Source: an uncultured bacterium (lineage in GTDB: Bacteria > Omnitrophota > Omnitrophia > Omnitrophales > Aquincolibacteriaceae). From it: a stretch of DNA of 64,000 nt. Shown here piece after piece: positions 46,801-48,257 of the stretch (position 1 is the first letter of the stretch; each line of letters opens with the position of its first letter). The stretch spans positions 46,330-110,329 of the forward strand of contig CAZDVO010000002.1 in NCBI GenBank assembly GCA_964508905.1, in the 5' to 3' direction. The position numbers were made by a program, and so were the translations under genes. The notes under the pieces were generated by a model. It did no database searches. It had not been told where the DNA came from and was given only the letters and a program-made list of their open reading frames with translations.

Positions 46801-47230
46801 GGAAAAAAGAGAAAAGATCCGTGTTCAGTTCACCGGAAGCGCCCTCAAGGCTCACGAGCCCCAGCTGATGTTTTTCCGAAAAGTAGCGGAGGATATTGGC
46901 GATATTGCGTTGGGCTTCCTCGTTGATATGCGCATCCTGGACATGCAGAATGATCTGGTCCCCCGTTCCCTTGAATGTGGTCTTGACCGTACCGTAGCTG
47001 TCGGGAAGATCAGGGCGATCGATCAGCGCAAGAGGCGCCTGAGGGGCAACTGTTTCAAATGAGGAAAGGGCCTCCGGCTTGGGCGCTGCGGCATAGGCTT
47101 TATTAATACCGCCATCCCAGACGATCGAGGTAAAGGTGAACACACAGACCGTGAGAAATGCTACGGTCCTAAGCCATGGTTTGAAGCTGTGTGTTTGCCA
47201 ACTGATCATCGGATTGCCGTCCTCTCTCAC
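16871..47230 (-). CDS. Giant multidomain membrane protein, 10,119 aa (30.4 kb): N-terminal anchor plus conserved module, SecA-like DEAD ATPase, three TM blocks, coiled-coil/low-complexity regions, DUF218 domain, C-terminal unclassified domain
   Basis: A single uninterrupted ORF in the supplied track. The track start is GTG at 47230; an ATG with GAGAGGA RBS 10 nt upstream lies at 47209 (MISWQTHSFKPWLRTVAFLTVCVFTFTSIVW, a TM anchor). Stop is TAA at 16871. Domain motifs are detailed in the sub-features. Such size plus a SecA-like domain plus many TM segments corresponds to the reported features of Omnitrophota giant genes. Confidence 0.9.
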   Translation of the reverse strand: MREDGNPMISWQTHSFKPWLRTVAFLTVCVFTFTSIVWDGGINKAYAAAPKPEALSSFETVAPQAPLALIDRPDLPDSYGTVKTTFKGTGDQIILHVQDAHINEEAQRNIANILRYFSEKHQLGLVSLEGASGELNTDLFSFFPNKEARRNVADYFLREGRLTGPEYLAVVDKPVMMLYGVEDRDLYEENRTAYVEALEFKDRDEAVLVELKKAMEDVGRFVFSEEMRDLIRRRASFQEGGPEMVAYVRYLVDLGRKQQIALDEYPGMHSLLELVDLERKVDFDKADQDTEALVNDLKRFLPREKLARFLTNTVHFRMKKMKRAAYYGYLEQEIRGISVAQSGGEDLAVKHANVMAYIQYMKLYDAIDVSIFDEIEFLEKTVKAKLFMTQEQIRLDHILRIHDIYCKMFDFSLTKQDAEFYYTYQDEFKSETFVSFLAPLMKQYHFTYGLPSQVKTLDQDLPRVERFYKAALERDRVLIERAVEKTLATGQKLSAIVTGGFHTPGIEKYLQEKGLSYIVVAPRITKAIDKKRENALYDASLRETPLPIEKVLSEAFLQPKAVTLNDPRFQLAAWRMLGRKVDFSAFKGDDMLYFPLVAAISILSAADKGKAYQELQAAVATLPADYRAQFDVFVKKFKPSRVVKVGGHTVLMIPMEDGSKRDAPYLAFSLDAKGNGVKTSEVAASLRSTLKSISMPATDQVLSFYMMDADQVPDSVKKAARSESRVVAPVEGTSALQLPGGVAVEAGPIAADAFQRELEAKRATENAQLLTTKYGIPAEITANLPRILSTPAEKLSVAEGFYKRVLKSSDLAAKIDALEKRGFAGDIRFLRFGFDAATGTFATLDARVQALGTVLEGEDQAKLRRDILVRFSSAKITAQLALIDGYRQQGVNIPVNTYTMALKKEGLEIVARNIQERDAARQTVTAPAAVAPTTEESAKPVARDVRDLNQVIDQNHPLVKGNKLVEQIYVGIQTATLEYEQAQLVKKYLTEGKSQAEAERLAKLEAKSKNPTLGQVEAVLANIEILKGNSDKIKSAPKGEKAAIEDILNYAATGAGKTIIGIATVYAWVASEPDRKAFVETNSDVNAVAGAIECQAAFSKAPGAHTVGYLTTDESGNKFAWIWDAKLGMFVTLTVDVKGVAHAWKAVKSGDEEKLVEVASSHTGKFDNSYEDPIDYVIKNAKVVYSRYDGYQFYFQGRAGRRFANAAANRGTVASVLDEADQYIVTDPSKAIVSAGVIAQANAILLAESHASDLARGLRANSSKPSVDVNTKNYVINDQHAKVELNFFTGLALANKRYDELVKAGTIDPRFVSRDRWIAMIQAELIAHECYTDKNNPETGAEYQGRRVFRFYIKGQVHGKEDVIPFDSNEHAMAGTHLGDLQNALRAKAGLTRLQGSRTTSRLSMLQMMGLSCFAGNVLMTATGGDELDAKLTARGRKMKTHNVDGLFHYTKEIAPPKVFGGEEGLATVEERNASEIAQRNKALVANALSASQVEGFHLVDADAKDQAGIKDAIEKAASEQGLKVTVEIYRDSDAPSVRKAMLERAGRKGHILLIDATLTRGINVEIFEKIIDADGNLIKGLTLHLTRPHTLKIIMDQLIGRVGRGGTFGHVFTYLAISSLEEFGRELSEENRKPLLDLIARLRSAPRNADGSVKDWDPSAEQLAREAELAMGMKGEGWWERWWEGRTNQDGSPRRLRNFERGIGLTGIESALLALQRTMLAEKMQADAQQEETDDAAYASIGAFDAMDEEGDDHDAVVAAAVNAARELTESANFRTWLHVVRTDLLPGAKGLKAKQILKNIQERKTSKIKNEGEALARLQEAIETKNDETLAAVILDLVFPEGLLAGMSDSVRKDFVQLCLSRSKNAAGEAFVNARIQAILLAQAEAAVRKMLPDAVDVARSNYNATADQIQKEYFLGSGLVAKSDQTKLGGFRSRVSRELALSLSQVRASAANAARKALVDSEAPKIEMPTPRAPLRPGRIARIAIGFTAISSVWIGIFTGILTKSLSVGSIAAGIQAWVPAFLTKIVALAGTGSVTTASVAALATVGLIVVAAFAIFIGILLFKRFVLKRIQADNITKMKLKESYEGLWNTARETPLEQYTVDLVSHLIFSGLNLLFNVTTVALGASLAIIAIPGALALVGVAGGTVVALGSVAAFALVMGVLAVVFAAGLFFFHRALKAHYAKMGRPVEVKTMTIQPDWWSISFPEFFGTILGRPVHFKPVQINIEKTAIIKNGIAVGAAVALFSILSGSLLVFGVLGVALLAGVWYGGNVLQKKLFTSPQNMASFQEAQTLYGGTPGKRGTYIGAGIVAVTGLVIALGVPAGAVLGTLAALLSVFYFGNTLLQNGAQGKAADKNAEKETYLYAKDTKLLSAIRKLTNRTEQTSFEPMILSMIVAPLITVIYAGIVGGTWAFGSLSFVSAIAATWPILLILAACVVAYFALNALYAKLTGKTAAVYTYKPGEDTSKVFGAFSAASMFAGVAAASVSSGSEMVQTMNAQTQARLEAAEQKMGPVLQARTPEQIALIEKNENEAALAALAKASETATPAAEKPVSAAEAAQAKIAALDAAETGLRVAVRNSIHERALGDQGLVLDGIRDAVAQGMSLENVIRDTHNSWFRDTLFGDLRRLSRNLDGLENAIGVYYRAYQDHQAVPAELRRGFVAESAHDLGSFVSRNAKGLFNWVCSGPVATRELIHAIATKPETSKAVEETPEQKQAWKSVTEWVESLGLSSAHREGLLEAMKDINFTDQYDAGAYVGRKVDGAYRIFVQYRAGDFTWVPGRTTHLYEIEVPEALIPHLKAYFVKGWNSSWDRETGRTPSKFELIRERGEVSPYFHREVKAALPAPVKPLKLASKSPVAAVPTATEPVVTAPVVATVPEEATSFPTALDRGERGVLEIQTQVVETPAVVAASKVEKPQEVKKTEVKEDELVGVVATALSAPGTGVGAPPPPVEDLSAAMAGQTAPVQGKIAIPEKPEPAIASRSLDAVKASVAGPAGLVGEIRSKVAAETVGEERDAALDGFDEFVVRTEGIIRSDNDRAQFHARATRLRQSIRNDKDRQMVEDDLDVMARKMVGVDVPAEFADVEPLLVDLAPKTQTIASPHADATLSLTGLYDAAKPLPVAIATSPAVVAGAAVVSNAFKPAGEAAIAPMEPLLADISTSGTVGLGETTAKEAADQAAENFETLMSKGASTKTEDAVIEGKVTPEVPSGFNVGMALFDETYQRPSVLALDRDADLAAQYSSDYKKFNAFVGAGFNAVLTSHKNQTKTTSTSTEEKTGEREVDIGDGSGLTQLEDYTYTETSTTTTVSSSNRYNALEGSVSAGLRTGSDILKQDQRLAAEEGQKRRDSRIAFVQLIKQKVFSLEEIASINARLAKISQTKARYHGILQKRQQALGAYHASVPVLKRQLDDSLKNIEIEEDALIKARNYHARHLVGLMGKDVSKWMANSDYQTFVKTMDFEKIRSLGLYAERADAGAKALLEQMKYYIQRREAELDTVPGARWSLTIPEVNLALGTESGLTAQLNIFALETAWSSRDYQLDKKNQADVIAAKTNVMHRLADMMHDGISKLYELRSLQQHVKNLEAQAQVDVLVADALLNSRSRESQRDMDPISAADKYLLLTDQIESAKGELQKLQDAEKDLLTTLDAIQGQMTALAENDQKLAGEVGFDVTGRQFREAIARGHSQWTTELNDQADAVYQSYIGEAAVAKDEEGQSLRKAAFAHEMLKNSGLLVASRYKALADKLDQVYQEWVRLSAYLNAGFGFSAKNPGATSFVVNGGIGLDVLVLSFTQSAAEYSKAAAEGRSASYLRDVTNRAQQQLQQIIEQLGFLEGQIAGLQRNVQTSQKMLEEVAHKVAIRLAERDHRVDASAHRILAEIQQGNVGELTKLGVDSETVRLLAEVQKGNVDSVAALQPRLAPLIEEKLWVELAGTAGKLLEQKIALSATKDNRAKAQLLLNKLSSSDLHPVAIDIARAEVETHLNEPDYQAELKKLTNPYFRYLDANGVFLDTAEADLESMTKIIENFLPGMDEVLADKEKAFAKEKSDFDREQAAFNAKKPSVFKNKQEEKKWADRAADLAEKAQAVAKREQAVKQLKGTRERFSNARYKAMYLSKVAALNAEGKMAKTDQRDAMRDLLEDLVGATEGYLTSEYLLEKMFNLWSYESRDSWYEGIRQLLDLIGPEGTSVLGYTGRITAIHSAFLNVEKAWSLNKEPLNIRGGFSYQKSGGTSSGKSTTLGFGGIFSHLKRLFAGPSDDARRNAAFLLAEGSRGIMDRAKAQVKENQDTLALRGKLGVLDSRIKLYEDIKQQFVEWRDRYEPTPGALRSIVSRLRSVLGNDRTTDEIYALNVEQLDARIRADANSIRELEASLLSRGFSPRQMRSGAFYTASANKQNESAALIRDQLSEIGRESYSAQIASLNTLVGTMLKQSTFGTSPYTSAASLAQSPFYRDFGVVNQFLNAPSGLPGSDGNRFAVVNFTTSSILGTPKKTFMLMMQYKESEAGTDKKGSELAVSEQTRGVVAAISHMRVMNRFKKILAAKTLAPQGLEDILGTARVEHGVKGESLSRLSRIESMETGNAAIEAIGKLWSEVKGLSSDEEKRQKMIEGIDQLLRIENASIKDDLKALKKTAGEADISFEVVEGVDLSKAGNLEALQSDEATRANLRTLLNKEFVKMLGQDRLGSFVKFGFSHAPYQSDLSEGEPYLGVGATYTLYDSHLSAIKKFWSNREGIEKLFAKQANQDLRNELEDFLADREDLEKEVAKRRESLESAAESYHLALQRSRQFGYVDAEIDLAFRYMNELDAYESAVYAYWNASRKLIESAAANGIKLDYTAGKKDMVELLADAIPSWLEDETEGDDIEAKYLASEKPVLPVIKGTGTRSATFAIDEGLEKETPTKNARTNQALDKLIAALGSKVPVTGLLSPEEKAGLELEQANARKLLTRIFERVAGRYGRKDVPAWIEEIAAAYKDLEDNKAFDRTGFMEVGLGEETWGNLFGQCFMIGPEGSKLLQDSGVDFNKLAFALFVNDLGHISMTRGEPGDRARITESIARDLPDAMKALERYRHRPQDSYSLRSPVEGAEALTLVLYRAFGGESVKDKNGNPLGFDQILNDAEHRRAFVRVAPEFNLNNVFSGVVGHEINKDTWVTGWQDAAKYLSISLGRYDKGTGEVIPREIPVDDPQYMAYIMAQNIANILAHPRPVLPAELSANATPQEREAYNAAKAKVSDHDKLMEQSAYLTARFAFKISQSEHLRPKEEDIKDTVYLRLKALAGQKQEDYGVDPDTKRLVLIKDVRSWLSNPPQEMSVAEHSRLMKALPEILKSTRSGGIKDPVTGGVATLESIQIRMKAVREAVMEGLFNSMAVSYVNDVLYGAGHDAGENRDKWLAKSIEDTIDPKTGEVIKGRLSLTEDRLRLENELRGKPELVKSISELAHKPEGYKATPREKYNDDRNIRGIVSGLAMEILGETGDEIDPAIKQYMGAIQKEIDLLGEELTRVSDEKKPEIQGRLDAKKAELQRYEDANAKRVADYKLFNSLPEDKKIQHLVELWQIMSDLRPSATALLGTLSNDNPNDVSMLRLWAASVQGDIQPKYQPGAGGFEDAEHWQKWQDTPKKERLERMQKRLHIMKVLKDRFAEKGITIKLKDSKYTAVPERGLGVGSLMSSAMEYLGEIDPAEKIDKAIEALQKDIKALEAEAERAVPETSVQEEPAKVSEPVVPLKSEPVKTSAWDKFTDILAVASSFAGNLVFGLNAYGDTVPALATQGLVGASAKAVEAAVSNKPNLPQSGETRGLKGESRVPSAQLREKRAELANLQQIRNKIKADQDLFLGKTGDKRYMSVNGQIAEGRIARIVGLAVIMKDIRFAVEQLVGPLNDGSPSDMGMLRSMATFIQGDIQSQYMHAAGGFDNEDDWAETEKKTPEKRQELLMGRLEVASRMNDALKNLGVVFDLKGERSAEMLRKGEDIGFLLSVSQALISGDVLLGEMFDEKGNLKDSDKVWMLFAVMRTPQAKTMLDNYLTETNRDEYLAKSLVSKIGDRTSLAKELAVFLGDSGRIDRSKTIAENLKEADLILSRREKIYKVSRADGMSPEISVKSDDLGAEDEALEDLKAKSGLGEALTPEIYYSLVSKVLDSRKVAGQSLKGRFPVAFWMLPSEKRQLMDKIAEISEIPYALNDAKTWVAGFLLTPGGIDLKNTQPVIKEVSRRVEIEMFLQAANMLYRTQALNPGELAAFSRVVMLEEQKILREQNERNAATEQPVSEAVRKTQEEEKLKPMLRTGHLLKLYGLAEAALNGKTINGNPYEGANDRITLVKDQMNKYGRMLNGDAWKPVDEEWVKANHKGWATEKIFGKISRILEAQELGAPHFEMTPESTPDYLYKWIKDAAVMDAVIYQSQGRFPPNEVLDALIQSERDGSDVIPVYKTETSLIQNLPQWSRLEKGRNNYLLQKYGSQQFWDADLRVLGEVTGADGRPLTVELSDTSRVPVDLNDVRWVRSAYRTVYRTDIGDDDLGIPAAKEVLRTLWFVEKIARLDHQLKNITFDGKNVAVSGEAISAIRDEFMIGSEKARNAFRRAVYGASKDAALLDKTEVQAQFKVYMNAWAEEFIRMKAELQTLSVKENAASREDLEMSRKNIQSERKTRVAEYAKKYAGKNYEPVHKDAMKEVETSWAEISSKVKGLTPFRSTEKAVVASQMIRNGYTAREILLMDHYILPELLKGHGLEGKDIDRLKDSDLKDKNLKAKDLKAKLRYRSREILERAEAGLLFAVNRNAGGVKTTLETLDTEALAGTVKYQLKDFEGVQTNENVIREKFSELNVYSDDVLKREREIKRIAESVLDRDVSTGSLSAWFAAASNLKTAVLVSGAKDPDMEKILYEADSLWNLGLAASPQRVQDKSSMDALAVINGTIGWIFDRGTDSGPYAATPTGSKRDAATPAGSNRATLESEPTREKMLKALDAAAFDDAREKIERRIEEMLKSGALTPLDLKELNGLALQRYQSLVDVNAKAKKDGLQSKDLPKPHEVSPLTILLVLDMENPDPVKRIGLFELLFPKVKEEGKDLLRADAQVNGHYAGASRRSDELLIDKYAPVPDSAMTHLISGLRIPAFQVHDYRFPGYGVSGVMLSHLFNFDGQESPVSKALGIKDSKAPLWNISWIAFVLAAFFAMKNYLKRRFQSPVYGRQNGLKRKKTEIVERQDALLSKREELIKEQQKRRNAVSRSEARSELSKMTDAEIAAELVTVEHQFKALEQDLASVKQAMTAAKAVPGVGSATPVTTARYDVAHSPQTLRTIEKGSKLSLMRLATYEFLRDFLAFLMIGWSLAALSPYAVAAVPIFVALYVVWHVPLFKQWAYNPIAYLTAGWKPLTFLLAMAGFVAAVAKPAILTAIGGFLVAQPAFIVAMVVWIAMITLSHIDKSGGVMYDTPTEKEEKDFSDKKVNEVMNRARLIFDMPGYADYRKEKNRIIKLQENAKWLDLAGDSEGAGKVLKQVESIEAAILNGRVETGMYGDLTAAEKAKKAKEVKAVAETIVDLKADPTLQYKDINGYMSGHMPKGKKHIMFEAWRLDSREINETVEAMVRQLIGNNFKSQRSILLANGPEVKGSYAETKGAKEPGGGTMEQFFQKMQARMELYWELLEYTDKADKSVHPGYERLQVIYRGAGRKPVANVLLMGAFTGYGEDGLAGRKLGQISNRGVDINKLHYQVTIFGRTILLGSSYVLEQVETRGTDKHGNPLPANVLKLHLPFDNIPFFNGMAKPGEGNAFVPYSQSLRDDPQMLGQYLPAVKTDEVTGKDIFEPQVLHTTTLDGGNYVSAGIMLFLIRMLSRRPDVGMAQLNTGYETDHSTAFWEMGAKIHAAGFWTIIFNSMVAGLVRMFGKYTILTMVAAEMVRPRPGLPFGAYFTRVLVFSGFLFRQLNRLLEESSIRLSLEANGDPKLLARLQAKGPLNGLLALEVLKSRALFKGLVATDQAILAKILPGDPEAALLARARVSPVARDMLLERAGYLQSIVDDNNAVRQAAFIVQAGFADIDAVKKEAERLKAENENLKPEEWLELNKKLLLPAEGGATLDVPHLIEAASKRVSQRDMLMAITEALRAVASKDNKDLFSEAARQDPNLLKDAKFKATHKRMLRDRAGFVEEDFALGASNVPALFAVLQANGEVNNAILASLGIKRTAAGAVDFSGVDRKKLADAVTKILNDKDQFKVFYVKFLAQDSAIADRLAPEVKGLLERAKAQDAVVGLRDIVAEENAIKQAEDMAAAGYTDLQGVKAELTKVDKATPALNDSEWEALNRSLMAALYDGYIEKRQTSSLDRLLEPAMAKTVTELENILKEKDPKTLMKLLSRAGVTNKTELRKKIAEEKGKVEGFKAGNLKIEDFEMVLLNRKLLGVLCGAKKDDAKVATISIFTQEDLEDAMHAFSGLPSKYNGEDEMVTYTPTDTYVQAEYAAEHKEELKDQKEELERKHANNPRAAHREVKGRPFDADAIRVLPKEIWDDVAETGAPLPGVKTALALVAGREGIIDDKLPSMPAQNPQSDKWQIINDEPTDELYERGVFALTPQTDFFDSFPRDGLNIGHKWFATLAIMALAAFVPGFIGVVGVYAAMVQTLVVLSLLIGMPFLGVLFNGLVAPVGFKVDFLRPLTVWNWFRVKGRFLEQAFYDMAIIAAEKVISGANYVNRVLNVFDWYKRKVRRHDFIKYGEVGTADPAPAGIDLSKAPNFSKNLQDPYVRRGLMVGFSFLAVLFGIMFKVGLLSLVAVISVWGVGLVGAAVGFLVALFVFIIPGVKADIVDGKLLKSIAGSKAPNMQDAKLKFFEVFGANELYKSKDLGLMKKFGLMLRFYGYAVVKTAPASLRLVKDFSFFKNRNLFQKNNPKPLFELEWYRSYMNHLILNSVALIAVCAFLPFLVQFVPLFWLMLFSVMALFFVAAPLVNWATGLVIEQKEGDVGSARRAVKIALGLFGVAAIVFTIFLFNSVAMQMALSVFFEKVMANSFFVAASGNLVEGMRGPLSPLAQGNAPLLMFVQTFLLGGTVLAIILSLIFAVWWFTFYAPAAKLKAEAQKVAKPENALAAKKEKVTLRGWIKDRITAVKAFGVNIKTFVASVRTEKKKADQEKIKRKWAGINLPAWGIGFMVVFQKIEAAKREKILKNLLGSIALPVLVLVPVTAVGHVLGWSVVAAIVGFVIVAGLVIGSKQSAKYIRMITRIAAIGGIGFSIGGWIGFAIASGVAGILMLIARVVPESVAPGKESSVPLHGIGSTGEGNVKKSETSEPKMVQPRSESRTPGKDVQLNARSEMRLAETVAELDPKVLRGYYDRMFTETEAQGSISEAAIMAHKNYFDEKGAQRYGTTVPVLMRVPQGAVQNNLWKMTERIIQTAQLTDADVVRTGELHSTIFAFVTTYNGVIDMAPYQSAEIQDVIRGVTGRIMPFRVTYKGLTIAKDGTVTAQGYVDEPSNLGGLRSGLHQAFTDNPHAEDKSSGHIIHAKLFRLQHSVTGEKFKVLMDEVRANRDTEFGTVAVNSVELMRADLKPTQKPGEETLSLIQTFPLGWSELQDNAPQTILSAIGTRRSESREIAAVRSVMVPKMQQLVDDLSKGDDLQTKPADGFLVLGNPDLRTFTGFAATWKALKTQLPIVVTGGRGRGYLPLRKAAMEHYGLNETSDVVALWQTEADIMAYILTAEGVPAGMITKEARARNTEANLRNSAEILREKIPASVENPRIYMVTSPMLTARVKATAQAFWWQTGSSTENFQVAALRVYEPNVEKMADEQLMLDAIYLAGLPEDISGYPHVNRGNEIKGLGDMLARAVKNPASAGRELAQVPAEGETLTKAIREANAKMLVIHPKASALLAELERLSDYTPLPVATETEAPAKTETKRSELRPAVTAEAARQAAIEDELKKLGTPAPEMAGQQKPALSPVAQRMVAGIASSQAMRFDLARTVEHVKALGIENEFTQVISNFAAEPKMQAALGLDADVIVGAEAPKYVFQDGFNQAGLESFAKSLKSTDNIYLSIAVKNEADEASAKAFLTQYGFDMTKCAVVIASIEEAFDAGLKQAGRNLSRATATRISGASQLDAKTYGELLAGSLGLEIVVVTDREIAGIARTLTALQVVEAAIEAARSIAIAA
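17980..18440 (-). other. DUF218 (YdcF/ElyC/SanA-like) domain near C-terminus of the 10,119-aa protein
   Basis: GFLVLGNPDLRTFTGFAATWKALKTQLPIVVTGGRGRG...ETSDVVALWQTEADIMAYILTAEGVPAGMITKEARARNTEANLRNSAEILREKIP...RIYMVTSPMLTARVKATAQAF. The same family is present in the 2,830-aa paralogue. Confidence 0.5.
19550..21560 (-). other. Transmembrane block 3 (C-terminal multi-helix region)
   Basis: WFATLAIMALAAFVPGFIGVVGVYAAMVQTLVVLSLLIGMPFLGVLFNGLV...MVGFSFLAVLFGIMFKVGLLSLVAVISVWGVGLVGAAVGFLVALFVFIIPGV...ALPVLVLVPVTAVGHVLGWSVVAAIVGFVIVAGLVIG...IGGIGFSIGGWIGFAIASGVAGILMLIARV. Confidence 0.6.
24990..25800 (-). other. Transmembrane block 2
   Basis: LWNISWIAFVLAAFFAMKNYL, then after a ~110-aa charged spacer FLAFLMIGWSLAALSPYAVAAVPIFVALYVVWHVPLF...LTFLLAMAGFVAAVAKPAILTAIGGFLVAQPAFIVAMVVWIAMITL. 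Confidence 0.55.
26415..26474 (-). repeat. In-frame 30-nt tandem duplication inside giant ORF
   Basis: acttccggccggcgtggccgcatcacgttt followed by acttccggtcggcgtggccgcataaggtcc. Encodes AATPTGSKRD / AATPAGSNRA in ...PYAATPTGSKRDAATPAGSNRATLE. Confidence 0.7.
39780..41300 (-). other. Transmembrane block 1 (about 12-14 predicted hydrophobic helices)
   Basis: IARIAIGFTAISSVWIGIFTGIL...LIVVAAFAIFIGILLF...LAIIAIPGALALVGVAGGTVVALGSVAAFALVMGVLAVVFAAGLFFF...ILLILAACVVAYFALNAL: long runs of hydrophobic residues spaced by short loops. Confidence 0.6.
42300..44200 (-). other. SecA-like DEAD-box motor ATPase domain (NBD1/NBD2-like) embedded in giant protein
   Basis: Walker A: NYAATGAGKTIIGIATVYAWVA (SecA: [20 protein letters not shown]), DNA ~44041-44080. 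DEAD: ASVLDEADQYIVTDPSKAIVSAG (SecA: [20 protein letters not shown]). MTGT region: LMTATGGDELD. NBD2: ILLIDATLTRGINVEI (SecA: VTIATNMAGRGTDI). GLTLHLTRPHTLKIIMDQLIGRVGRGGTFGHVFTYL (SecA: [36 protein letters not shown]), DNA ~42410-42490. Confidence 0.75.
45550..47230 (-). other. N-terminal conserved module (paralogous to 14900-16518)
   Basis: See alignment in the 14900-16518 feature. The GTxH-like (ILHVQDAH) and GGFHTPG motifs are faintly reminiscent of the TraB/GumN/ChaN family. Confidence 0.55.
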
Positions 47231-47620
47231 AGTCGATAAAGTTATTCCAAGTACTACAAATTCGCCTATCTGATCGGGTATAAAACTTAGTTTAAAGCCT
47301 TATAAACCTCAATAGAAATATACCCGATTACCCCATGAAGGTCAAGAAAACCTAAAAAATTTTTAATGACGTAACTTATTGTCATACTACAACTTGTATC
47401 GCGACAACAAAATTATTTGAATTTAAGCAAACTCATTAGAACAATTCATAGCAATAAAATCAAAAAAAATTACGTCTGTATTTGCATATAAAATTTTATC
47501 TGGTTAAGAAGTTTTGATGCGTTAATAAAAAGTTTTTTAAAATAAATGCCTTTTAACTATTGTTTTGATGCCCCTACATAGAGGTGACGATGAGAAGAAA
47601 TGAGATCAAAAAAAAAGAGC
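47231..47620. promoter_or_regulatory. Strongly AT-rich island immediately upstream of the giant gene (putative promoter / nucleoid-protein binding region)
   Basis: Composition drops from ~60% GC to roughly 25-30% GC over ~390 bp (e.g. aaaattatttgaatttaagcaaactcattagaacaattcatagcaataaaatcaaaaaaaattacg), with A- and T-tracts including a 9-A run at 47616-47624. No convincing ORF. Confidence 0.45.
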
Positions 47621-47867
47621 ACTCCCCTATTCGGAGAATCAACACCACGGGAGAAATATTTCATGACAGAAGGACAGGTGATGCCCATGAATATCTCGAG
47701 GATAAAAAAAAGAGAGCGGACGAATGATAAAGCCGGCGCCACACGAAACATCAAAATCCCGACGGAACGGATCAGACACCTACATCGAAAAGAGATATCA
47801 CGACCGCTAAAACCGCCGGGATATTTTGGACCTACCCTGACTTTTATTTATTTCTAAATGGTCGTCA

Positions 47868-47918
47868 GGACTGTCCCAATACATATCAATTTCCACGAAG
47901 TTGAAATTAGGGCTGTCC
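47868..47918. repeat. REP-like palindromic element (family GGACNRGYCCAAT - ~22-25 nt - ATTGGRCNRGYCC), copy 1
   Basis: ggactgtcccaatacatatcaatttccacgaagttgaaattagggctgtcc. It is homologous along its length to 58888-58956 (gtcccaattcttatcaatttcagagaatctgaaattggggcc) and has internal inverted repeats (caatttc / gaaatt). Confidence 0.55.
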
Positions 47919-48053
47919 AAACTACCGTTATGGAACAGAAATGAAAAGTTTGGACTGGCCCATTTAACCTTAGATTTTTCGAAAGAGAAATGGACCCGCA
48001 CTTGCCTCCGATTCATTTTCAGAACGGCGACAAGTGCTGGCCCAGTTTCCAAT

Positions 48054-48091
48054 AAAAAAAGCCCTTCGGAATTACCCGAAGGGCTTTTTTA
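48054..48091. terminator. Bidirectional rho-independent terminator hairpin
   Basis: aaaaaaa-gcccttcgg-aattac-ccgaagggc-tttttt: 9-bp GC-rich stem, 6-nt loop, with an A-run 5' and a T-run 3', so functional in either orientation. Located downstream of the tRNA/hydrolase transcription unit and upstream of the giant-gene AT-rich island. Confidence 0.7.
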
Positions 48092-48099
48092 ATGATAAC

Positions 48100-48117
48100 T
48101 GGACCTGAGGAGAGTCG
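48100..48117 (-). repeat. 18-bp perfect direct repeat of the tRNA-Ala 3' end (tggacctgaggagagtcg), possible att-site remnant
   Basis: Identical 18-mer at 48100-48117 and at 48258-48275 (the 3' acceptor/T-arm of the tRNA), same orientation, 140 bp apart. Confidence 0.6.
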
Positions 48118-48257
48118 GCGCCCTCCATTCGCTTCGCTCATTACGGGTCGGCCACCCGCCCTTAAAACATGACCTTCGTCATATTTTAAAGCAGGGCTCC
48201 CTTCGACTCTCCCCCAATCAAAAAAATATCCCGGAGGCAAAAGCTCCCGGGATATTT

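Noticed and set aside
47590-47857. Small plus-strand ORFs in the AT-rich island (47590-47733 47 aa with AGAGGTGA RBS; 47600-47857 85 aa)
   Set aside because: Lys/Arg-rich low-complexity translations driven by A-tracts, overlapping frames, no conservation signal. Cannot be supported as genes from sequence alone.
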